Shown one piece after another: positions 25,101 to 40,100 of a stretch of DNA of 64,000 nt. Source of the DNA: Bugula neritina (lineage: Eukaryota > Animalia > Bryozoa); the NCBI GenBank assembly GCA_964035545.1, contig OZ037765.1, positions 28,023,504 through 28,087,503 on the forward strand, written 5' to 3'. A model generated the notes under the pieces. The model was given only the letters and a program-made list of their open reading frames with translations, did no database searches and was not told the DNA's origin. Numbering within the stretch: the first letter of the stretch is position 1; each line of letters begins with the position of its first letter. The position numbers were made by a program, and so were the translations under genes.

Positions 25101-28100
25101 TTACTACCAATTGCAGCAAATGATAGCCAATTCACTTCAATATAAAGTAATAAGACTAATTTATTAATTATGAAATTATCTACTGGGTTTGCCCCAACTT
25201 ATGTCATAAAGTGTTCCCTCCATATCTCACTAAGCTATGGTCCGAAACCTAGATTCCTGACATAGTAGGATACCAGATTTAACCCATGGATCCCATTAAA
25301 TTTGGTCGTTTTGTCCTTATACACACACATAAGCCACTAAGGTGCGGGGAGGGGGGTCCAAGCCCTTTTCATGACCTATTGAAGTTTATAAGAAAGGGAA
25401 CCATGAGATACAGAGGGAGCACTGTAGTTATAGAAAATATTATATTCAGGTGCCAACCCAATAATAGAAAATCCTATAAACGCAGCTACCACATACCTGA
25501 TAGTCAAATAAAATTTTCAAAATGCTCAAAATTCTTGCATACAATATGTGATGTTATTTTGCTTGTGCAATGTATTTTACGTTCTATTTTAGAGAAAAAT
25601 GTATGTAAAGGCTACACATAAAGCTTGGGTGGTGCTGGTGTGGATATTTATGACTCTGAATATACAGTATGGCTACTCACAGACATGTGAGAATAAAGGG
25701 CCCACCACGGAGTTCTGCGAAGTTCTCATTAACCAGTATCAACATCTCTGCTATGATGACATCCTTTCACAAGTATGTGTGGATTGTAGCTTTTAAATTA
25801 CATTACTGCCCATTCACCAACACAAAATAGTCTAATAACAATGCTTTAGAAGTTTGCTTTATTTACACTTGAAAACTCTTGGATGGGAATAGCAACACTA
25901 GAACAATCTCACGAGTTTTGATAATGCCCCATAGCGCTACTCGTTAAAATTTATGTAGTGAAAAGATCGCCATAAGGACTATTTTTTCAAATATAAAATC
26001 CAAATTCTTGTCCAACTATTTAGTCGCCAGTACTCCTTCACCCCAGAACCAGTCAGTTCGGATAGCGAGTATTAGACTGATAGCAAAGTGACACGCATTT
26101 TTCGTCAAAATCTAAAGAAATTTTGTGGCATGTAACATTTATTATTGGCATAAATAATAGATGCTACATTCTACAGCAGGGGTGTCCAACCTTTTCAGAC
26201 CGAGGGCCACAGAAATGAAATATTTCATGGTGAGGGCCACATTGTAAGCTTCAGCTTGTGCTGGGGGCCACAGCATCAGTATTTTTCAAACTACTTTATT
26301 TCAAAACTTTATGAATCATTACACAATTAAGTATCAATAGTTACTGCCAGCTGCAGTTTTTTTGTGTTACTTGTATAAATAAGGCATTTAAAAGGTGGCT
26401 TTTCACTTTAATTCGTGTAAACAGTGAAAAATTATTTTAGTTTTATGCCTTCGAGGGCCACATAAATGTAGGCTGGGGCCACATCCGGCCCAAGAGCCGC
26501 CTGTTGGACAGCCCTGCTCTACAGCATTAAAATTATTAAAAAGTTCAATTTTCTTCCTGCACATTCATAACTAGTCTGTATGAGACCATGTTGCAAGATG
26601 TGGGTTTTTACTGAGTGGGAGCGAGTTTACACTGTAAAGATAAGCAAACACTGTCCCATTCAGATGTTTGAATTCCTGTGCAATAAGTAACTAAAAAGAA
26701 ATCAAGTCAATGAAATTGGATTATATCCTATTTCATAAATAGTAGGGGGAGAAAAGATTCTGTTAAAATGACTTTGCCATAAATTTAGGAACATATGCTA
26801 CTTGTAGGACTGCTGCCAGTCATGTGAAGAATTGAGGCAACAACCAGAATGTCCATTTGGAAATAAAAGGCCTTCATTTTGCAATATTCTTACAGTAAAA
26901 AATTGTACCTCAAGTGAAACAATTGATGACTGCTGTAAATTATGTGAGGGTATAACAACTCCGCAAACAACTAGAGACATAACTACCACTGCAACTCTCA
27001 CTTTAGCTACTGCAACTTCTATCAGTGTGATATCTGAAGGTACAGTGCCCAATACTACTGAATATCAAGAAGGGACCACAGAGAACAGTATGGTATCAAA
27101 TGACAATGTAATTAGTAGAATCACAGAAGATGAAGCAGGTACCATAGACATAACTGCAAATGATTTTAAAACAGAAACACAAACAAAAGAGGAAGATACA
27201 ACCACAAAAGAGGAAGCAAGTGTTACAGAAATAACTACAAATGAATACACTACAGAAACACAAACAACAGATGAAGATACAACCATAGAAGATAAAGCAA
27301 GCACTACAGACATAACTACAGATGACTTTACAACAGAAATACCAACAACAGATGACAATACAACTAGTGGAACTACAGATGAAAAAACAGGCACTACAGA
27401 CATAACTGCAGATGATTACACTACAGAAACACAAACATATGACAATACAACCACAGAAGATGAAGCAAGTACTACAGAAATAACTATAGATAACTTTACA
27501 ACAAAAATACAAACAACAGATGACAATACAACTAGTGGAACCACAGAAGAGAAAGCAAGCACTACAGACATAACTACAGATGACTTTACAACAGAAATAC
27601 AAACAACAGAAGACGATACAACCACAGAAGAAGAAGCAAGCACTACAAACATAACTACAGATGGTTACACAACAGAAACACAAACAGATGACAAGACAAC
27701 TGCGGAAAAGGAAACAAGCACTACAGACATAACTACAGATGATTTTTCAACAGAAATACAAACAACAGATGACAATACAACTAGTGGAACCACAGAAGAA
27801 GAAGCAGGCACTACAAACATAACTACAGATGGTTACACAACAGAAACACAAACAGATGACAAGACAACTGCGGAAAAGGAAACAAGCACTACAGACATAA
27901 CTACAGATGATTTTTCAACAGAAATACAAACAACAGATGACAATACAACTAGTGGAACCACAGAAGAAGAAGCAAGTACTACAGACATAACTACAGATGA
28001 CTTTACAACAGAAATACAAACAACAGAAGACGATACAACCACAGAAGAAGAAGCAAGCACTAGAGAGATAACTACAGATGGTTACACAACAGAAACACAA

Positions 28101-31100
28101 ACAGATGGCGATACCACTGTAGAAAAGGAAGCAAGCACTACAGACATAACTACAGATGACTTTACAACAGAAATACAAACAACAGATGACAATACAACTA
28201 GTGGAACCACAGAAGAAAAAGCAATCACTACAGACATAACTACAGATGATTTTACAACAGAAACACCAACAACAGATGACGATACAACCACAGAAAATGA
28301 AGCAAGCACTACAGATATAACTACAGATGATTACACAACAGAACCACAAACAGATGACAATACAACCACAGAAGAAGCAAGTACTACAGACATAACTACA
28401 GATGATTTCACAACTAGTGGAACCACAGGGGAAGAAGCACCAACAACAGAAAAAGATACAACCACAGAAGATGAAGCAAGCACTACAGACATACCTACAG
28501 ATGACTTTACAACAGAAATACAAACAACAGATGACGATACAACTAGTGGACCCACAGATGAAGCAAGTACTACAGACATAACTACAGATGATTTTACAAC
28601 AGAAACACCAACAACAGATAAAGATACAACCACAGAAGATGAAGCAAGCACTACAGACATAACTACAGATGACAATACAACTAGTGGAACCACAGAAGAA
28701 GAAGCAAGCACTACAGACATAACTACAGATGATTTTACAACAGAAACACCAACAACAGATAAAGATACAACCACAGAAGAAGAAGCAAGTACTACAGATA
28801 TAACTACAGATGATTTTACAACAGAAACACCAACGACAAATGAAGAGACAACCACAGAAGATGAAGCAAGCACTACAGATATAACTACAGATGATTACAC
28901 AACAGAAAAACAAACAACAGAAGAAGATAAAACCACAGAAGATGAAGCAAGCACTACAGATATAACTACAGATGACAATACAACAAGTGGAACCACAGAA
29001 GAAGAAGCAAGCACTACAGACATAACTACAGATGATTTTACAACAGAAACACCAACAACAGATAAAGATACAACCACAAAAGATGAAGCAAGCACTACAG
29101 ATATAACTACAGATGATTACACAACAGAAAAACAAACAACAGAAGAAGATAAAACCACAGAAGATGAAGCAAGCACTACAGACATACCTACAGATGACTT
29201 TACAACAGAAATACAAACAACAGATGACGATACAACTAGTGGACCCACAGAAGAAGAAGCAAGCACTACAGACATAACTACAGATGATTTTACAACAGAA
29301 ACACCAACAACAGATGACGATACAACCACAAAAGATGAAGCAAGTACTACAGACATAACTACAGATGATTTTACAACAGAAACACCAACAACAGATGAAG
29401 ATACAACCACAAAAGATGAAGCAAGCACTACAGACATAACTACAGATGATTTTACAACAGAAACACCAACAACAGATGACGATACAACCACAAAAGATGA
29501 AGCAAGTACTACAGACATAACTACAGATGATTTTACAACAGAAACACCAACAACAGATGACGATACAACCACAGAAGACGAAGCAAGCACTACAGACATA
29601 ACTACAGATGATTTTACAACAGAAACACCAACAACAGATGACGATACAACCACAGAAGATGAAGCAAGTACTACAGACATAACTACAGATGATTACACAA
29701 CAGAAACAACAGATGACGATACAACCACAGAAGAAGCAAGTACTACAGACATAACTACAGATGATTTCACAACTAGTGGAACCACAGGAGAAGAAGCACC
29801 AACAACAGAAAAAGATACAACCACAGAAGATGAAGCAAGCACTACAGACATACCTACAGATGATTACACAACAGAAACACAAACAACAGAAAAAGATACA
29901 ACCACAGAAGACGAAGCAAGCACTATAGACATAACTACAGATGATTTCACTACAGAAACACAAACAGCAATAACTACCACACAGCGCTTGACTTCTATGT
30001 TTACAAATAGCACTGCTATAACAACGCCAGAGGCTACAACACCTTTACCTATCTCTTGCAGCACAAGAAACGTATTGAACGACTGTGAAGACTTTGTGCG
30101 GCAAGCTCCATTCATATGCAACATTGAGAACATTCGTAACATGTGCTGCACAACTTGTTTTAGCTATGTAAGTAGTATCATTTATTCAAATGCTTGTCGG
30201 GGGACAACTTATTTAATCTGGTCATTAATATATAGCATATTAAATTAAACAAGACATTTACAATCAACTTATGGTATTAGTATGTAAGTGAAAAATGATA
30301 ATTTTGTTTAGGAACTGCCTGAGCAGCCAGAAACATGCCGCTATGGAGATAATGAATTGTATTGCGCTGGAATTGAGGAGTCTTCATGTCTAACTGACAA
30401 GGTCATCCTAGACTGCTGTCTAACCTGTACTAAATATGCACAGCAAACAACAGAAAATCTTAATGCATCAACTGCAATGCCTGAACCAGATTCAACAACA
30501 AATCCAAATGCTACTCCAACTGAAGTAAGTCATCTATACTTTTCATTCTCCATAACTTTTAACAAAGACGACAGTGAAAACTTTCCAACAAAATACTAGC
30601 CATGACAAATAATGATACAGAATAAAACGTAACAAGACATGGGACAACTTCAAGAAGATTAAAAAAATCAATTTCTGATAAATTCTGGAGCAGCCGTGGT
30701 CTAGGGGTTAGAGCGTTTGCCTAGTAAACACGAGGTCATGGGTTCGAGCCCGGACAAAGGCCATTGGTGATGTTAGGAAGAGCATCCAGTCATAATTGCT
30801 CCTGTGCCTCATTTAAATAAGTCCTCAGCCCATTCTAACAAAAACCCTTTCCATCAGGGGTTTTTCACAGAGATAGGGACTATACACTTGCGTGAGTTTT
30901 TTAATTTCTAATAATTTCTCTAATTGCAGGAGAGCACAAATAATTTGCTGACAACAGAAACACCTATAGATATTGGTGGTCCAGAAGTCACTGGACCAGG
31001 TGCGACTGTCCTCTTCAACAAGGCTTCTCCGCTATTGGGCAATTTGGGCATAGTGGTACTGGTGTTGACAGTCGTAGCCGTATTTATTATAATATTATTA

Positions 31101-34100
31101 TCAGCTGTATGTATATTAATGAGGCACAGTAGCAGGCCCATGAAGTATCAACTACAAACATTAGAATCACAGGCACCTCTATCTACTCCTCTATAACGTT
31201 AGAGAGCTTGTATTTTTTATATTAGCTCAACATAAAACTGTAATTTTGATTCCACAACAGTTGATACCAACATTAAAATTAAAGTGGTAGAATGAGTACT
31301 ATAATTTATTGAACTATCTCATGTAAACACAGTATTATTGAACTAGTTGTGGCAATCTGAATTTTATTTACAAAATGCTCACTTGTAAATTTTTGAACAG
31401 TAAACAAAAAATACGTGCCATTATTCGCCATTTACTAAAAAAGAATCTTCGTATGTCTTTTATTGCAATTTTTTTTATTATTTTTCATGTTTTGACTTTG
31501 CATAATAAAATTTAAAGTTGTTTTTTGCTATCAATTCTCAACTTTTTATATATCATGCTGTATTTAATATGTGGTGGTTATTCATTGCACTGTTACTATG
31601 ACAGCACAATTGCAAGGAGTGGCACGGTACTACTACCAGCACGCTCCTAAAGATATTAAGTGAAACACAAGTTGAGTTTCAAATGCACCGCCTACGTCAT
31701 TGTCAAATCATCACATGTGACAGCTTGTATTATATAAATCCAATTGCTTGAAGAACTGATGCATGACTCAAATCTCATTTTACAATTTTTGACATTTATA
31801 TAGCACCCAGTCAATCAGACTAAATTAGCAGACAAAGGTGTCCTTTTTAAAATAGTATTGAATAATACAAAAGGTGCGGCGTATACCTGTGAAGTAGGTC
31901 ATGTTGGTGTAGAGTGGAAACCACACAGCTTATCATAGCCGGGAGAGAGGGCAAGGCAGCTACTTTCAGCTGACAGATTAGCTCGCCAAAGAGGAGAAGA
32001 ATGTTTGCTTGAACTGCAACCATCTGCATGTTGGCAAACACCTCACACAGCTCAGACAACAGCTACAGATAAATATGGATAAATAAACATCACATAAGCA
32101 ATGCTATGACTACAACACACTAAGGAAGACAGAAGAACTAGTGGCAGCAACTTTCAAAATTAAATTATTAGTTTTTTTTATCAAAGTTTAATAGCAATGA
32201 ACAAGCTAGTCATCAGTTTCATTCAAGTTGTTCACAGGCAGCTTTACAAAACAATGGCTAGTGAACAGAGCGAGAAAATTGATAATTTTGACTGTAAAAT
32301 GTGAATAGCAAAAAATAACTGCCCATTGTACAACAACAATCAAGGAGATATCTTTCACATTGTTATGTTTGTCTCCATAAGCAAACTTGTGTGGTGTACC
32401 TGTAAATTATGCAGCCATAATTTTGTTATTTATCAATATACAAACCTCAGCAAATAAAGATGAATGCTTGCTAGCTAAAACTCTAGTTAGTATTTTTAGA
32501 CTAAACAGAGCAGTCTGTCTATTGGTGGTGTCTTCATTGTCCTCTACTTCACTTGTATGATCCAAGGCTATACGCTTCACTATTGGTATAAGGTCTATCA
32601 AGGAAGCCAACTACCAAATATAAGCATATTTGCTAATACTAAATGGATATATACAATGAGCACATAAGAGGTTTCCTTGTTAGCATAATATTAAAATAGG
32701 GTGGTATAATAGTATAGTACAGCAGTTTAGCACAGCATTGAAGGGATAGTATAGCAATTTTAACACAGAATCAGAAAAGAGTAAAGTCAATAAAATATCA
32801 GATTATCACCTCATTTTCCTTGAAGACTGTTTGAGGAAGACGATTGTTGAGCAGGTCCAGAGCTTTTCTTCGTATCAAAATGAGATCACTTTTCAGCAGA
32901 CTTGAGATGACATCAATGAATACCAGACTGGGCAACAATGCATTCACCTATATACATATACATTATATATATTCCTATTTGTATATATTCGTGTACACAT
33001 ATATTGATGTATAAAAAACTTGCGGAAGTTTATAGTCACTATCCCTATAAGAAACACCTGATGGAAAGGTCTTTTCTAGCGAGCTAAGCACTTTTTCTGA
33101 TGTGGCACAGAAGCAATTATGACTGGATGTATACATATATGAAGATATATTTACATGTGATCTAGTGACAACCTAAACAGTTACTCTGATACACAAGTAC
33201 CCAGACTAAACTTAACTGCTGTGTGGTATAACACACACAGTGCCCACCTTATCGAGGACCTCATATGCTTTGTGAAGCAAAGCTTTCCAGAACTTGGCAG
33301 TCGGATGGTTGGCATATTTACTGGTTTCCTTGGCAACAAACCCGATATAACAGAGTCCCATCTCAACTAGCTGGTTAAAGTTTGAAGTGAGATTCAAATC
33401 ATCCTGGTTGTTGACCACCTGGAATCAGAACAAATGGATAAACACAGCACACTAAATTAACAAACAGAATCCAAAATATATTAATGGGGGTTTTTAATTG
33501 TAGTAGATAATATTTTAGCACCAGCCATTTAAATGTCCCGCTTTATGCTAACAAAATATGCATCTATCAGCATAAATAGAAAACAATAATAGTGCTGATA
33601 ATAGATCAACTGTAAACCCTTTGAAAAAGGTTTTGTGAACAATAGCTATCAGTTAGCACATAATAAACAGTGCCCACATAGGTCGGTGTGCTCAAGTACT
33701 ACTTTATGTGTATACAGTGCAAACAGGATCTTTAGAACACTTAAACACACAGTACTTTCACAGCTATATAAACAATATTTAACTTAACATCTACAGATCG
33801 CAACTCAACAAAGCTTCTTATTAGCAAAAGAAGAGCAGAATCAACACTTGAAAATATACCTGCTCAACAAACGCAGACGACGATAGAAGGGAAACTATGA
33901 AGGCAGAACTCTCATAAGTGAAATGCCGGAGCTGCTTAGGTGTGCGCAACGTTGTGTCAAACAGACCGTCACTTATAGAACTTTTGCTCTTCACTAAAAT
34001 TAAAAACACATCATAAAAATAATAGATCAGGGGGTTGATGAGCATAATAAGTAGAAGAGATAATCTATTGCTAAAAATAGTACCTAATTTTGCTTTTTTT

Positions 34101-37100
34101 GGAGTCTTTCTAGCTGGTTTGGCAGCTGCATCGCTAGAGTCATACTGTAGACTACTGAGAAACTCTAAGATCCTTGTACAAGCTTCTAGCTGACTGGTTA
34201 GAGGGAACTTAGTGAACAGGGAAAGTAAAAACACTGGCTGGCTTGACGTTGTCTGTAAGATAAACACGCTACTTGACTACATGCTATGACACACAGCTTT
34301 CTAATAGATAGTTTTTTACAACAGATTTCTATTGTCTATTAGCTACGAGATGCAAAACATATATTCTAAAACTGTGGGTTTGTAGAACAAATACTGGCTC
34401 AATTTCTATAATAAGGTTTAGTATAAATCTAACTTTGGACTGCCAAGAGTAGATTTTAAGTTGACGTGGGTTCAGCTTAAGACTACTGCTTCATAAAGTA
34501 AGACAATACAACTTTAATATAAAGCAATTAAATAAAGTAAAACGGTCTGCGGGTTGAAATTTAGATAAAAATTTCAACTCTTCGTACTACTTTACTTGGT
34601 AAATTCAAGACTAATGAACTAAATAATACCTTCCAATCATACTCGTTGGTGGACTCTGGTATAGGGCTGGAGGTGGTAAGATTCTCAATGCAGAGACAAG
34701 TACAAGCATATAGGTACTTGTAATCACCGATAGTATGAAGCAGCTTGGAGAAGAGGGGGAGACGTCTATGTTCTGGTATATGAGGGTAGGCGTCAACAAA
34801 CACTCTGACTATAGAGGTGATGGTGTATTCCCCAGAGTCATCTGATGCCTGAGTCAAACAGAGACAAATCATAAGTGAGAAATCGTCATCAAAAGCGTCA
34901 CATAACAACTGTAAAACTATGTGGCAATAATAAAACTAATTTTAAAACTACGTATTTAAACATTGACTGCCTGCAAGAAATATACTTAGCGGTAGTTGGA
35001 TAGACGGTCAGATATTATTACCAGGGGTACAACTCTAATGGAAATATACAATATCATATTGCATATTCTACCTTGACAATCTCAGGCACTACAGTGTCCA
35101 GTGTTTTGGTTATAATCTGGAAACTGTACATGTCATCCTGGCGCATTATGTTGGCTCCCATGTACGTGAATATAGACATGACGTGATGAAGAACTCGGTT
35201 CTACAGGCAAACACAATGGCTAAGGTAAGTAACAGCATTGTGAATTTATTGCTCTATAAATGCGAAATCAGCTTTTTTAGAATTTTAGAAATGTACAAAC
35301 TGTAAATACTACACCGGGCACAATGGGCCATTGTAGCATTATACTCCAAAACTAGATATAATATCTATATTTCTATAGAAAATAAAAAAAATAAAATAAT
35401 GAGAAAAATGTAGAATATTCCACAACTATACTCATTTACTTTTTGCTTGGTGGATTTTGAACAGCAGTAAAACTTTCAACTAACTTAGAGAATAAAAACA
35501 AATCAAAACTTGCGCAAGAAAACAAGTAAGGCTGATCTAACTTTTAGAGTGTAGGTTTTTAAATGCACATAATATGTTACATATTAGAGTATGGTTAGGC
35601 ATGTATTCTCAATACATACGGGATACATTTTAGCTGCACTTTTCAGCACAAGGAGAGCCTGCTGGTGTGTCTGAGGGTTCTGAGAGGTGCGAATACATTG
35701 AACAATGGACTCAATGTTCAGATTATCAACCGGTACTTTCTCTACAAGAGAATAGTAGATAATGAACCACAAACAAAGCCATGACAACCAGGTATATAAT
35801 TAATAGTAAAAAAAAACCCGGTAATTTTTCATAATGTTGGTAAAAAATATATAACAAAAAGAAAAATACCATCACTTTCGGAATTTAGTTTGTTCAGCAC
35901 ATTGTCTAGGGAGCCTAAAAGGAGGTGCTTCATGTAGTCAGACTCAGGACTCTCTAAGGAAGTCTCCAATAAGCTGTAACAATCAATGGCTATTCAGTAA
36001 ACTCTCAACAAATACCTTCAACATTGCAACACAATACAAGTGTAGCCCTTCCCGAGTGCCTTTATAATACTACACATTCCTTCAATCAGGATGTAACACA
36101 GCACATTGGAGAAACAAAAAAGCTCTATATTACAAACAAGCTTGTATAATAGGAATTTGTGTATCACAGTATTACACTGATTGCAATCATTGATTATGCA
36201 CAATACTTTCTTTAATCTCACAACAATTAATCAACCAATAAATAGGCTTACAAAATTGTTACTCAACATCTCAATGTAACTTAAAACTCTTTTATAAACT
36301 TATTTAATTGCCCTGTCATAGCATAGAGAAGATGTGAATCATAACTTGAAGGCAGCAGCTAACCATGTGATGAGGTTGAAGAGTGGAGTAATAAGTACTC
36401 CACTGTTCTCCAGTTTCTTCTTATTCTGTAACCATTCCAGGAGAAGACGTACTCTCTTCCACTCTGTACCGTCTAAGCCAGTGGGCAGCGCAGAGGTCTT
36501 GACCTCTGACCTTTAAACCAAATTTGGCAACACCAATGATACCAGAATGCTAAGAATCAACAGAGACCAAACCGCCAATCAATAGTCAAATTGTCCATTA
36601 TTCTTACCGTTTGAACTTCTTAGTTTTCATGGAATCATCTGTTTTCTCAGCTTTGAGAGGACTATTGAGAATGTCGGTGACGACTTCAGCAGGAAGCGTG
36701 ATCTGTGCAACAGACAGACAACTGATGTGAGAATTGCCAGGCATAGAGCAATTGATGAACACATAACGCAACATAAACATATATTATATTTGCCAAATAC
36801 ATTTACCAACCCATGTTACTATTGCAGTTTAAATTCATAGTTATTGGAATGCACAGAATTTCAATTTATGAGAATAGAGTGAGAGCAGAATAGCTACATT
36901 ATATCTACACACACAAGTATATATAGCCAGTAAGAGAAACTGTATGATTGAGCCCTCTGAACGTAGCCATGAACACTTTAAGGCTTGAATTGAGAAAAAT
37001 TTTTCTATTATATGATTTAATATAAACATTTAGCTTCTTCTATTTGAAAAGGTTCTGACTATAATGAGTTTTTTGTTCTGGTGAGGGGACAAATCCTGAA

Positions 37101-40100
37101 GCAGTTAGTGTGCACATAATGATGTACTACGTACTCTTTTGATGAGTTTAGATATCTCTGCCTGTACGCTGACGTGTTCAGTCTTCCGGTATATATCTAA
37201 AGAGTGTGATATGATGGCTCCTTTTAGTGCTGCCAGCTGAAGTCCATCAAACATCTTTTTTGAAACCTTCCAAAAAATGCTATACTTATATCTCACAATA
37301 GCAACATGGCTGTCCAATCATCACTATAGCTATACCAATAGTTACAAATAGGACGATCTATGTTTATAAGGCCTACTGACCACTCTATTATATTTTAAAT
37401 AAATGTGCAATGTACTACATCACTCTATAAAACTCAAGTTTAGAGTCACTATCCCTGTGAGAAACCCCTGATGTAAAGGTATTGTTTGCTGAATTGGGTT
37501 AATGACTTATTCATATAGGGCCCAGGAGCAATTATGACTGAATGCTCTTCCTAACATCACCAATGACCTTGACTGGAGATCCACTCATGACTACAGGTTT
37601 ACTAAGCTAGCACTCTAGATCTCTAGCTTCCTGTATTACATTACTCTATACACAAACAAACTTAACTGTAGACAACTACTTAAAGTCAAACCTAATAATG
37701 TCATCTTGGTTAGAAAAACAATAATAAATGACTGGTGAGCTGTGGTTGGTGTTCATATTACCAGAGAGAGAGCATGCTGCTGACAGAGGGGTGATAGCAA
37801 TGCTGTCACAAACAAGTCCCACAACTCCTTCTCTTTGGCCAAAAGTCCGACTGAACTCTCATCAAATCTATCCAAACAGGCACACAGCAGTCGAGTATCA
37901 GCAACACCCTCATTTGAGTCCAGAAGACGCCTTAACAAGTCTTTAATACCAACCAGTACAGACTGCAAGTACAACTGTGGCTTAGGAACATGATCAGGTG
38001 ACATACATGAAATAACAGAATGACCTTAAAGGATGGTAACAAACATTTGAATATCCAAACATTACGTTAATACAATAAACCTTTAAGGCAAATGGAATTA
38101 TGAGCCACATGTTTTATCCCAAGTGCTGTGAAATCCACAAGTACATGAGCATTGACAAACAAAAGTAATCAAGTAAAAAGTTATCAAGAGAGAACAACTT
38201 CCCACATGAAGGGTAGACTGCACAGTGCATTTTCAAGACAGAGCATCCACAATAATAAACTTAACACATAATTGGTTAACTTTATAAATTATATTTCTAA
38301 TAAGTATTAAATTTACAAACTTTGGTTTGCTTTTATATGGTTGGTCGTGTGTTCTTGTAAAACTGAAAAACATCATCCACATACAAATTTTGTTTATCCA
38401 AGAGGTTATATGATTAAAAAAGCCATCATAAGAGTTATTCCCACTACTTACAGAATCTCTGTAAGAAGAAAGAGCCAACATCAGCCCTCTAACCATTGCA
38501 CCAGGAAGAGTTTCATCCACAATCAATTTCAACAGTTCATTCAGAGTAGAGGTCGATTTGCATTCCTCTAAAAACTTTGCTACTCCCTAAAAGCCAATCA
38601 AACAGTTATAAAAAATATTTCATTTATTGAAAATAACATTCTAACAGTGTAAAAATAAAGTACAACAACTGCTAGCAACCTTTGCATACACAGCTTGTCA
38701 TAGGAGTTGTCTACAACATAGTTCTTGCAGACTTACTTCAGGTACATGGAGATAGTCGGTCCTAATCTCCCTTGACTGTGAGAGTAATGCAGCTACGAAG
38801 CTGTGCAACTTGTAAGAATTATCCGACGACTCATCAAGTCTAGCCAACAGCTTCAAAACTAACTTCCTGATCATCTTCTGGTCACTCATTAAAAGGGAAA
38901 GCAAGCAGCCCACAGCTAAAAAAAAAAGAGTTTTAGTTAATAATAAGCTCCAAGCAAGCAAAAACGGTGACATTATTGGGAATGCTACATGCCACAATAA
39001 ATATTTTAAATGAAACAGAGAAAATAAAATATGGCTATGTGCTATACTGCAATGCTCCAATAATCAATGAGCTGGTTAATCCCCATAGCTTTCTACATCA
39101 AAAATTATGCTCTCTGTGCATGTGAATGTCTATAAGTATACATGTACATATCTATATGAGTGTAAACATTGGCATTATTAAATTTATTATTTTATCAGTG
39201 TTGCCCCAAAAAGCTTACCTGTAGACGTCAGAACTAAGAAAGAATATATAGTATGTTGGTCATTAAAAAATGTAAACAGAGTGTTCCAATCATTTCGATT
39301 ACTAGAAACAGCAGTTCCATCACATCAAATAGAAACGATCACTCACTAAATTTCCCATTCTGAGCAAGGTGTAGACCTTCCAGGATATCGTCAGGCAGCT
39401 CTAAGACCAGGTGCAGTAGGTTGAGTGTCAAGGAGTCGTCTTCTCTCATTACCAGAGTGACAAATGAACGGTCAAAGTCTCCCTTCTGTATCCAAGAGTC
39501 AACCGTAGCCACTATCATCTCCACCTTTCTCTCGGCAATCAGGTTTGACAAAAACGAGTGGTATAACTTCACAACACTCTCACTGCTGTGCCAGTCTCCA
39601 CTCCAATCTAATAATAGAGATTACATGACAGTTTCAAAACAGAAAACGTACCCCAATACAAATACATGAAGAGAGAAACACATTCTAGCCGTCAACTCAC
39701 CTTCAAAGATTTTAATGATTTCAGTGTTGATGGCAGCTAAGGATTCCTCTGGGCAGTTTGCAGAGTCTTGTGATTTGGTCTGAAAACAGGGGAGAAAACT
39801 TTGACTATTATTTTAGCCTATACTCACCTTAATAAAATAGCTCAGATCTGTGGTTGGGTAAAAATGATTACCTAAAAACATAATTCAACTACAATACACT
39901 CTCCTACTATGAGAGTGTATTTGCTTCAGAATAACAGTATGGGGCTAAAATGTTATCACAATTCAATTAATTAAAGTCTAATAATTTACTTGACAGTATA
40001 TTTTTATAATTTGCAATAATTTGTAGCAATTGTAGTTTTCCCCCAACTAACCAAGTTAAATATTAATTTGTAGCAAATGAAATGCTGCCTCATTTATATT

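Noticed and set aside
26808-26950. ShKT call for the Cys modules
   Set aside because: They end in CC-xx-C, not the C-xx-[TS]-C-xx-C of ShKT.
27065-30151. Long Cys-rich (682 aa) and Ser/Val-rich minus-strand ORFs
   Set aside because: Antisense shadows of ACA/GAA/GAT-rich mucin repeats, which lack stops on the reverse strand.
30687-30760. tRNA-Thr(AGT) gene
   Set aside because: Acceptor stem is not formed, and it continues into a repeated body with TSDs: a SINE head.
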